Assembly (NCBI RefSeq): GCF_001194135.2
Contig: NC_068987.1
Coordinates: forward strand, 19,284,210-19,348,209
DNA: 64,000 nt
From: Octopus bimaculoides
Lineage: Eukaryota
Direction of reading: 5' to 3'
Shown one piece after another: positions 22,813 through 32,907 of the stretch. Position 1 is the first letter of the stretch, and each line of letters opens with the position of its first letter. The notes under the pieces were generated by a model. It saw only the letters and a program-made list of their open reading frames with translations. It had not been told where the DNA came from and ran no database searches. A program made the translations under genes and the position numbers.

Positions 22813-23170
22813 GCTCGGAAATCATCGGAGTGTCTCCAGGTCAAGCCGCTACTTCTTCGCGTAGAGAGATCACAACTTCGATACTACAGACATGTGAGTA
22901 GAATGTTGCAGGAACGAATCCCAAGGTGGATTCTCCATGCCGAGCTATCCTGCAGGAGACCTTGAGATAGATCAAGAACGAAATGGTCGGATAATATCCA
23001 TAGTCTCAGTTGGTCACACTTAGGAATCCAGCCAGAAAGTCTCATGATGGCTGCTTCTGCTTGGATCCTACGGAGGAGACACCTGAGGGTTCTATCCCCA
23101 CAACCCTCCTAAGAATAGTTGGCAGAAATGATGGATCGATGTCTAGGTGGACGGATGGATGGATGGATGC
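22813..23170 (+). mobile_element. 5'-truncated Expander/Rex3-like RTE LINE 3' end with (GGAT)n tail
   Basis: ECLQVKPLLLRVERSQLRYYRHVSRMLQERIPRWILHAELSCRRP*DRSRTKWSDNIHSLSWSHLGIQPESL, then a ggatggatggatgg tail at 23148-23169. Confidence 0.75.
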
Positions 23171-24274
23171 CCCAGTCACAGTTATAACTAGCTACCCCTC
23201 GCCAAATTTGGGTCATGTCTTGATACATTTGCCACTTTTTAGTCGGTAGCCGGGTCACTGTTGTATTTTTTTTTTAGAGGATTTAGTAGAAGACAGCACA
23301 CACCCGAACACGATAAGTTTAACCCTAAAGTTCATGTTTTTTCGTGTTGTAGTGACATGTGACAAATGCCTCGTGAGTGAACAACACTGTTTTCAATAGA
23401 CGTTGAATATATGTGTGTATGTATGCATGTAGTATGTGTGTAGATAGTAACTTCAAAATTTCGCCAAGTTGCGGCGAAACTTCGAAATCACTGTCAATAA
23501 AATTATGACTTTTCATACATATATAATCTTTCATTCAATATCCATAATTTTAATGCTTATAAACACGCATACACACACGCATCTGCGTGTACATAGGTAG
23601 GTAAATAACAGTTTACTGAAATAAAGTCAGGGGGCACCAATCTGTAATTCTACCTACTCACACACACACTTATGAGAGACGAGCCAGCAAGGGAGACTAC
23701 TACGAGAAATAGCAACCAAATCACACGCTTTATTTTCTAAAGAAAAATAAAAACATGGTAAAATGGGGTTTTTTATATACTTTTCATGAAAATTGAATAA
23801 ATGAATTAATTAATTAACTAACGAAGATGGTTATGAGTAGAACGCCTTTGAAACACCTGTGATCTTAGGTCTATTCAGTCGGAGGTGACCTGAGACTAAA
23901 TAACAACGTTGTATATATATTTCTGAATTTACTTATTCATACTGATGAAAACGCCCTTGAGCTCTGAATTCTCAGAAAAATAAGTATAATTAACGCACTT
24001 CTCTTTCTCTCTCTCTCTCTGTATACACGTGCGTATATATATATGAATGCGTGTGTGTGTGTGGGCGCAGGTATGTGCTCGTTCCCACATACACGCGCGC
24101 GCATGCACTCAAATGATTGTTTGCGAACAAAAGCGGAAGAAAGTACTCAATAAATGTGTGTATAGCTAATACATATCTGTGTGTATGAGTATTTTTTTTC
24201 ATATTAGGTAGAAGTGATTGAATAATTCAACAGACGAGAGCTTCGTACGTTAGCACTCATGAAACTTGTTAAAA

Positions 24275-24309
<35 letters not shown>

Positions 24310-24999
24310 GTGTGTATATATGTTTATTATGCACATGTATGTATTTATGTATAAGTAACAAACGATGGATGAATGCCAGTTCATTACAGCTGTTTCTAAC
24401 GCATTTATTAATAGATGAATGAGCACATCACATCATAGCAAAAAAACCGTTTTCATCAGATGATACATAAAATTTCAAACAATAGAAGAACAATCCATGA
24501 ACACAGTAGGTGGTATTTACGAGTTAATTCGACCCANNNNNNNNNNNNNNNNNNNNNNNNNNNNNNNNNNNNNNNNNNNNNNNNNNNNNNNNNNNNNNNN
24601 NNNNNNNNNNNNNNNNNNNNNNNNNNNNNNNNNNNNNNNNNNNNNNNNNNNNNNNNNNNNNNNNNNNNNNNNNNNNNNNNNNNNNNNNNNNNNNNNNNNN
24701 NNNNNNNNNNNNNNNNNNNNNNNNNNNNNNNNNNNNNNNNNNNNNNNNNNNNNNNNNNNNNNNNNNNNNNNNNNNNNNNNNNNNNNNNNNNNNNNNNNNN
24801 NNNNNNNNNNNNNNNNNNNNNNNNNNNNNNNNNNNNNNNNNNNNNNNNNNNNNNNNNNNNNNNNNNNNNNNNNNNNNNNNNNNNNNNNNNNNNNNNNNNN
24901 NNNNNNNNATATACATATATATATATATATATATAGTTTGACTCAGCTGCATAAGAACTAAAGTTTCTCGTGGGAGAGAGAGGAAGTGTGTGTGTGTAA

Positions 25000-25044
<45 letters not shown>

Positions 25045-25384
25045 AGATCCAGTTTACTCCATACTTTAAGTCATGGCATATGAGACACGTGTGCATAAAA
25101 TAACTGAAACGCCTTGTTTTGAGTAACGTGTCAAAAAAATGAACAAAGGGAGAAAACTCTAATATTTTTTCTGTTCTTTAAATATTTCCTCTTGAAAAGT
25201 TTATATATTTATAATTTTATATATTTATAATAAATGAAAACTGATTAGTTTCTTTCAAGTTTGTATATTTCATCTAACATTTCTCTCTTCAACTTTACTA
25301 CCGTTTACTTATATTATATGATAGTTATATTATTTACTTATATTACTATGGTAGTTATGAAGTATGAAGTCCAGCAAAGTGTTT

Positions 25385-25550
25385 GGGTGAGCCGGCAGAA
25401 TCATTAGTGCCTTAGACAAAATGTTGAAAGGCTTTTCTCTGCGGTTCTTTACGTTCTAAGTTCAAATATCACCGCTGCCAACTTTGTCTTTCATATTTTC
25501 AGTGCATATAGAACCCAAGTACCAATCAAGTACTGCAATCAATAATGTAA
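25385..25550 (+). mobile_element. SINE family C, degenerate
   Basis: gagccggcagaatcattag ... cgttctaagttcaaat ... aagtacca. Confidence 0.6.
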
Positions 25551-26499
25551 TTGACAAATACCCCTTCCACTAAAATTGTTGACTTTGTGCCATTATATGA
25601 TACAATCATTAGCTAACTCCGGTCAAGCCTTGATTCAGCCAATTCAAGATTTCAAAGATATTCATATCATCGCGTCCCCGTGACTTTTTATTTGTGCCAA
25701 ATAAAGATATTTAAGACTACATTGTTCAACGTGTTCTTTAAGATAGTCAGGATTGATTTGAAGAAGATTCTACTACTATTTTTAGCAGATCTCATTGTCC
25801 AGCTATATATCTGAATGTCTAACCTAGTGTTTCTCAACCATTTTTTTTTTACCTGTGAACCCCTTTGATTCCTGTTTCACTCAGATAAACCCTTATAGCC
25901 ATTCGATGTTTAGAAAATTATATTACACTTTTATAAATAAATATTATTAGTAAATTTATAAAGAAATATTTTGTGAATCGAAGAAGTATAACAAATTTAT
26001 TGCCCATGAATTTTAACAATAGAATCTTAGATGGATCCCTAAGGGCCATATGAACCTAGATTGAGAACCCATCAACAGAAAATCAATCAAGCTGAATAAA
26101 CGAAGAAAATCTGCAATTTCCATTTAAAGAGACAGACACAAAAAAGAAAAAAAAAACGTTATTATTTTCAAACTTCTCAGCATAAATCTTTAATTTATCT
26201 ATAGCCTGCATCAACACATAGTTATGTTATGTCTTATTCTACCCCAAATATTGATTTCAACTACAAGTTCTCAGACTTCTCATAGAAACGTAAAGTATCA
26301 GATTTCTAATACAGGCACAAGGTTTCACGATTTATATGAGAGAATGGTAAAGGCATTAGTGACACGAGTAAAATAAATGGTTAATCAATGTTTTACTCTT
26401 AATCGAAATTGGGTCTTATTTCCAGCAGAGCAATTATTCTTTTATTCAACGACACAATAACAAATTATATAATTTGTTAAGTAGCTTTCACTCAACGGC

Positions 26500-28050
26500 C
26501 TTTTCAAGCAATTATTGCGTCTTCGTCGTTCTTTGATAGAATCCCAAGTATAATATACTCTCTCTCTCCATCCATACATACATACAGTTCATTTTTATTT
26601 TCTATATTTCATCCGTAGCATTACAATCCGGTCATCTTCCTCGGCTCAATGTAACGCTTCACAAATATTATTTCTATTTTCTGTTTACGATTCATTCAAC
26701 GGTTTCAAAAAATCTGTAAAGACCAATAAATGCCTTGATTATTCGAGAAAATGATTATCACATACAGCGCCACTACACTCCAACTATATATATATATATG
26801 TTTCTTTTTCTTTTTGATGACTCCATTTATATTCTGCCAACTAAGTAGAAATATGCCTCATTGAGGTCTAAAATACCGAAGCGTGTCTCTTGCTTTCACC
26901 AGATTCACTCCAATTTGCATTGTCTAAATATTTTGATGAACTAATCTTATTGGGGTTATTTTGTTGATTTTTTCAATCTCTCGGGGGAGATTTTGTTTAC
27001 TAATTGCTTGGATAATCTCAGTTGGTCGAAGGTGTTTTTTTTACTTATTATATGAGACAAAGTATTTTAATTATTCGGGGATAAAGTAAATAATAACACC
27101 GGTCAACGAAAATAAACGGTGTCAAGTATTTATGTCACCATGTGTTTGTTGACATTAAATCCTTTTCCGAAATAGAAAATAAAGTAGCGAAGATTTTAGA
27201 AAAGCAAATAGATATTTGACTTTTCAGTTCACCAAAAAAAGAAAGAGCGAGAGAGAGGTAAAAGGATAGAAAGAGGAGAGAAATCATGGCAAGGAATGAC
27301 GACAAGATAACTTGTGGAATCTTGCAAGAGTTTGGCACTGCAAACGATGAAACTACAGAAGATGAAAATGTAGATATTCGAGAGATGTTAGAGCTACAAT
27401 TGGCCGAAGTTGAAATGCTAAATAGTATGTATCCAGACGAGAACGAATTCAAACTGGAAGAACCAATTGCTGTTCGGAACATTCAAAGTTTTCTAAACGG
27501 TAAAATAAAATATGAATATCTTTACAGTCGAATAGGATTCACAGTATATCTACATCCAGCTCCCGAGGTAAGATTTCTGTCTGTCTTTCGCTACTTTTGG
27601 GCAAAGCATGAACCCACTTCGTTATATTTTCATACTGTAAACAGCTTCGTCAGACGTCTGTGTATGGCTTATATTTCGTCTCCGCCTGCCGGTGGTTCCC
27701 ATTCTAACTGTCAATCTTTCCTTCGCGGAATCTCAGCCCTCTCAAATTCTTTTCACGCCCCCGTTTTCCCTGCGTGTGTTAAAAAAATGAAGATTTACCG
27801 TATTAACTTTCACCCGTCTCTGGGTCCCAGCGAAGATCATGTATTCTGTCCCATCTTCATAACTATGCCTTAAAAAAAAACACAACGTGGAAGCCTCTAC
27901 TGAGTCACTCGACTTTCTAGAAATAACAGACAGTTTCCTTAAATCGAAACCTATCGTCTTGTAAAAGAACGACATACTAAATGATATAGTCCTATAATAC
28001 ATCCTGATTAAGCGGGATGGTCATAACTGAGACGCTTTTCATCAAAGCCG
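26500..28050. promoter_or_regulatory. CpG-retaining promoter/first-exon region of the RWDD2-family gene
   Basis: Visibly more CG dinucleotides around exon 1 than in the CpG-poor intron downstream; boundaries approximate. Confidence 0.45.
27286..27567 (+). CDS. RWDD2B: RWD domain-containing protein 2 (RWDD2A/2B family), coding exon 1 of 2
   Basis: ATG 27286; ELQLAEVEMLNSMYPDENEF resembles the RWD N-terminus of RWDD2B (QLAELDLLASMFPGENE). Donor GAG|GTAAGA at 27568, phase 0 (94 codons). A vs B assignment rests only on length (318 aa) and motif resemblance; may be a co-ortholog. Confidence 0.85.
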
Positions 28051-28184
28051 ATCTAGAGCTAAACAAAAACAAAGCTAAAGACATTGGCTTCAGTTGAACC
28101 TTAATAACTCAACTAAGACATGCTTTATCCCAACCCTTACTGTGTTGTTTTTAGCAGCTGTGCATGTAAAGTGTTATGATTTTT

Positions 28185-28570
28185 ACGCCCGTTTCTCCAT
28201 GTTTGCATGGTCTTAGTTGGGGGAAGATTTTCTATGGTCGTATATCTTTCATGTCGCCAGCTCTCACTTGTTTCTAGGCAGGGTATTATATCGTCCTGGT
28301 CTTTTTCGAGAAAGATTAGAAATGAAGGACACCACTTGTGTTATGATGACACTCGTTTACAACTGTTGCACGATGTCAAGACAAGACACGATTACATACA
28401 TACAATGTGCTTCTCTCAGTTTCCGTCTACCATATCCACTCACAAGGCTTTAATTGGCCTAGGGCTATAACAGATGACATTTACCGAAGGTACTATATAA
28501 TGGAATTGAGCCCAAAACCACATAGTTGGGAAGCAAACTCCATAACAACACAACCATTCCTGCACCTATT
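28185..28570 (-). mobile_element. SINE family B: family-A head, different body, RTE-like tail
   Basis: Head end attcctgcacctat; body aaggacaccacttgt...gatgtcaagacaag; tail (rc) gcaaacatggagaaacgggcgtaaaa. Siblings at 39003-39200, 41460-41820 and 53788-54100. Confidence 0.65.
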
Positions 28571-29054
28571 ATTACGTACAAATATAAAGCTTGCCAGCAT
28601 GAACTTCACAAATTCCCATTTTTTAGAAATCCAATTAAATCTTTTTGATTTATCTATTTTTAAAAAATGAGTAAAAGAACCGTAGGTGTTTCGATACTCT
28701 GGAAGTAAGCGTTCTGACACCATCAACATTAGTTCATCACGATATCGTTGTTTAACGTCCGTTTTCCATACTGGCATGGGTTGGATGGTTTGACTGGAAC
28801 CAGCAAGTCAAAAGACTGCACTGAGCTCCTATGACTGCTTTGGCATCGTTTCTTTGGCTGGGTGCCCTTTTCCTCCTCCCTTAACATAGGTAGACTGTTC
28901 CCTTTCTATTGTACATACCAGGGTTTGGATAATGGAATGAGAACAACTTAGTCCCATAGATTTAATGAAGAATTCAGTACAAAATTTTAGAAACATTCAA
29001 TGATACAACATAAATCTATAACAACCAAGATAAGGACTCATCCAAATTTATCAT

Positions 29055-29298
29055 TCTTTTATTCTTATTCTTTTACTTATTTCAGTCATTTGTCTGTGGC
29101 TGTGCTGGAGCACTACATTAAAGGGTTTTTAGTTGAAGAAATCAACACCAGGACTTATTCTTTGTAAGCCTAGTACTTATTCTATTGGACTCTAATGTCA
29201 AATCGCTAAGTTGTGGGGACATAAACACACCAACATTGGTTGTCAAGTGATGGTATGGGGGACAAACACAGGCACAAAGACACACACACACACATATG

Positions 29299-29330
<32 letters not shown>

Positions 29331-29443
29331 ACAGGTTTCTTTTAGTTTCCATCTACCAAATCTACTCACAAGGCTTTGGTCAGCTCAAAGGCTACAGTAG
29401 AAGACACTTGCCCAAGGTACCACACAGTGGGACAGAACCTGGA
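29055..29443 (-). mobile_element. SINE family A, CpG-decayed, head fused to an RTE tail
   Basis: Family body; after gaacctgga it switches to RTE 3'UTR sequence. Confidence 0.85.
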
Positions 29444-29596
29444 GCAGCCCCTGGCCTTGCCAGTGCTTGTCAAGTCATACCCATGCCAGCATGGAAAATG
29501 GACATTAAATAAGGATAATAAAGATGAATCTGTCTTTAAATTCTGACTGAAGACTTTGATGATCTGAAGTTGTAGTCTTTATAATTTATGTCATAT

Positions 29597-30000
29597 TCTT
29601 TTCCTTGTTTCAGTCATTTGACTGTAGCCATGCTGGAGCACCACCTTGAAGGATTTTAGTCAAATGAATCGACCCCAGGACTTATTTTTTAAAGCCTAGT
29701 ATTTATTTTCAGTTTCTTTTGCCAAACCACTAAGTTACAGGGACATATACACACCAACATTGGTTGTCAAGCGGTGTTAAGGGGGCGGGGCAAACACAGA
29801 CACAAAGATACACACACACACACACATATATATATATAAATGACAGGCTTCTCTCAGTTTCCATCCACTAAATCCACTCAAAGCTTTGGTCGACCCGAGG
29901 CTATAGAAGATATTTGCTCAAGGTGCCACATAGTGGGACTGAACCCGGAACCATGTGGTTGGAAAGCAAGCTTCTTACCACAGCCATGCCTGCACCTATA
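29597..30000 (-). mobile_element. SINE family A, full-length, CpG-decayed
   Basis: Head ends gccatgcctgcacctata; most consensus CpGs changed to CpA/TpG. Confidence 0.9.
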
Positions 30001-32232
30001 TAAACTTTAATATATATTTGATAATCTTTTTTTTTTAATTATTTCTTTGGTTCTAAAGCATTTTTCTTTAATTATCTTTAAAATAACCTGATGTTATGGG
30101 GTTTATGCTGCTATCATAAACACAGTACCTTATAGAGGTAAAAGAGAAATGTATATATTCTGTATACATTCTTCATTTCAAAGTAAATAATCCCAAATGT
30201 TTTCAAAGTGGATCGTCAACTCAAATGTTAGAGACATTTGTTTCTACCCCCATGACTAAAACTGTTTAACCACCTGAGACCACCCCTGGTTCTATGATAA
30301 AACTTCATGTTTTAAAAGTGCTTTAAATTAAACCTTTGTATCCAAATTCCACAGTAATCCATGTTCCAAACTTGAGCTTAATAACGATAAAGTAATTTTA
30401 TTAAATTCTTCATTATTCTCAAAATTATTTGAAGCAAAAGCAGTAAATATGGTAACAAAAGCTTAACGTATTTTTTAAAAACACAGCTAATGCGTGAGCC
30501 TCTACTTAGTCGCTCAACTTGCTAGAAATAGCAACCAGGTTTTCCTCAAATCAAAGCCTGTTTGTCTTCTGAACTAAATGCATGGCAGCACACGGGGTCA
30601 TCACACATGGGATTGCTCATGCTGAGTGGGATGATCATTGTCCAGTCATGGCTGAATTTAAGTCCTTACTTTTAATGTGGTACCAAACAATTAAACTTTT
30701 GCATCAAGTTGAAATGACTGGCTTGGTCAATGGAAACTATGTGGAAGCCTATTGCTAGCACCAGTTTTGTTATTGTGTGATAGACTTAATCCATCGCCCA
30801 GTTTAAGATGACTGCCTTGTCTTTGGGTGCCTTCAGCAAATATTCAGGCCAACTCTCTGGTCAGAGGATAACTGACTGCCTTTCTCTCACCTGTTATTAA
30901 GACCTGAAAAAAGTCCATGTTCACTGCCCTTTCTCCTCTGACTAAGCCATTAAAAAGAAATCTTTCATCTCACATCACCCTTTCCTTTTCTTCATTTAAC
31001 TTCTATCCTCTTCATCCTTGTTTCTTTCTTCTCTAAGTTGAGTGAGTATTAATGAGAAAATACGGTGCATGTTAGTTCAGAAGACATGAAGTATGTGGTG
31101 CTACTATTATCGGCACAGCAAAGGATGTACATAGAGAGACATAATGTAGATTATGAAATGTGGGAAGTTAACCTCGATAGGGAGAAACTACCACAATTTA
31201 TTTGGTCTGACGAACTGACAGAGAGATGTGGGTTGGACATAATGGAGTATAGGGGAAAGGAAGCAAGTCGTGTTGCCTGATGGTAACACCATTTCCATCT
31301 TTCATTATATACTTTTATTTATTTTGTATTTTATTTTGATTGTACATTTTATATGTCCCCTCTTTGTTGGCCCCTTTGTGGGTAATAAAAAATATAGAAG
31401 TTGAGTGAGTATTCAGCCTCTAAATAACAGTTGCCTCATCCGAACACCTGGGTTGCTTCAGTTATGTCACTTGGTGCAGCTTCGTTGTTTAAGTTGCCTC
31501 ATTAATTGCCGTTTCGGTGTCCTTTTTCAATTGCTTCAGTTACCTTTCTGCAGCTTGGTTGCTTCGTACTGGAGTAAGAACTTCATTGCTTTAGTTGTCC
31601 TACTTTGCACAACTTGGTTGCTTCAAGTGTCCCCGTTTGTGCAGCTTGCTTGTTCCAGTTGTTCTACTGTGTGCAGCTTGTTTGCTTCATGGGATGCATA
31701 CAAACCAGCAAAAAGTCTAATGCATCTATTCATTCTTAATGGGTCCTGACAAATTCGAACGTAAATATCTGAAACGCATGTTGTCTTAAGCGGGGAGAAG
31801 CACTCCGATGATAGAAAACAACAGCAATCAGATATACTCATTCAAATCTGTCAAAATGTATTTAAAATAGATACTATCTTCATTCTAAATTATTTCACGC
31901 GCTTAACTTGTAAGGGGAAGTAAATCCCACTGAAGGGGACGTAACTCAAAACAAAGCCAGTCATTTGTAATAATGTCTGCACTGAAATAATTTATTAAAG
32001 CCCTTATGGGTGATATCCCAGCATGGCTGCAGTTCGATGACTGAAAGTTGTAAAAAAATATATATAAAAACTGTGTTTATAAAAGAAAAATATATCATAA
32101 CAATGATGGATCATAAGAAATAATGATAAATTATTTCAATCTTCTTCACAATACTATCACAGATGAGAGTAAAAACATTGTATATATTTCATTCTTGAGT
32201 TTTATTTTATTTTTTTGTGTCGTTTATTGCAG

Positions 32233-32907
32233 TGTAACCTTGAAGTCGTGTGTCACCTGCCTCATGAATATCCAACTGTGAGACCAGAGATTTTTATCCG
32301 TTCTCCCAACATGCCTAAAGAAAACTTAAAGGAATTGAAAGATGCTACTGACGACTACATGCAGACAATAGAAGCCGGAGACATTTGCATAGGGATAATA
32401 TTGCAGTGGCTTGAAGAAAATGCTTCGAAGTATATGGGTAAAGTGGAGGAAAAGCCTGAGATCACAAATGATGGTAAAGTGGATAAGTTGTTTGTTAGAC
32501 TTTGGATTTACAGTCATCACATTTTTAGCAAATTCAAACGACGTGATCTTATTGACTGGGGACAGGAGCTGAAACTGTCTGGATTCAGCATGCCAGGAAA
32601 ACCAGGTGTGATTTGTGTGGAAGGACACAGTAGCCAGGTGGAAGAATTTTGGTATCGAGTGCGAAGACTGAACTGGAGAAAAATTGCAATCAAAGAGAAA
32701 GAAGAAATTGATATGGGTGATGCTGATGTTGAACAATTTTGTAAATTCTGCGCTTTTGAAGAGAAGGTCTTTGATGCTCGTGCTGGAAAAGGTCGGGAAT
32801 ATCATATGGATCTTGGGAAATTTTATGAGTTTCTGGAGAAAAAAGATCTGGGATATATCTTCAGCCTATATTTTGGGGTTGAAGGTAAGTCCACATCTGC
32901 GAGTTGA
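32233..32907 (+). CDS. RWDD2B: RWDD2-family exon 2 of 2 (rest of RWD domain plus DUF1115), stop TGA 32905-32907
   Basis: Acceptor tttattgcag|TGTAAC, phase 0 matching exon 1. RWD motif LPHEYPTVRPEI; RLWIYSHHIFSKFKRRDLIDWGQELKLSGFSMPGKPGVICVEG is the family signature; ends FGVEGKSTSAS. Confidence 0.92.
   Translation, partial: CNLEVVCHLPHEYPTVRPEIFIRSPNMPKENLKELKDATDDYMQTIEAGDICIGIILQWLEENASKYMGKVEEKPEITNDGKVDKLFVRLWIYSHHIFSKFKRRDLIDWGQELKLSGFSMPGKPGVICVEGHSSQVEEFWYRVRRLNWRKIAIKEKEEIDMGDADVEQFCKFCAFEEKVFDARAGKGREYHMDLGKFYEFLEKKDLGYIFSLYFGVEGKSTSAS

Larger units (their letters stand above)
3354..24908. other. Assembly gaps at 3354-3787, 5246-5837, 10047-10472, 11623-12593, 13516-14470, 16757-17540, 18106-18598, 19835-20310 and 24537-24908 (plus 59754-59763)
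   Basis: Runs of N. Confidence 1.

Noticed and set aside
3005-25096. Long ORFs of 150-446 aa in the ORF track
   Set aside because: They run through N-gaps (X residues); the flanks are microsatellite or SINE translations.
27568-27873. 195-aa single-exon reading of ORF 27286
   Set aside because: A consensus donor at 27568 splices in phase to exon 2; the read-through has no RWD similarity.
31065-31280. ORF resembling a nested gene in the RWDD2 intron
   Set aside because: No splice signals or domain; at best a faint RTE C-terminus resemblance (WSDEL...CG), too weak to call.
32326-32805. Antisense ORFs 32326-32805 and 27135-27482
   Set aside because: Shadow frames of real coding exons with no recognisable motif.
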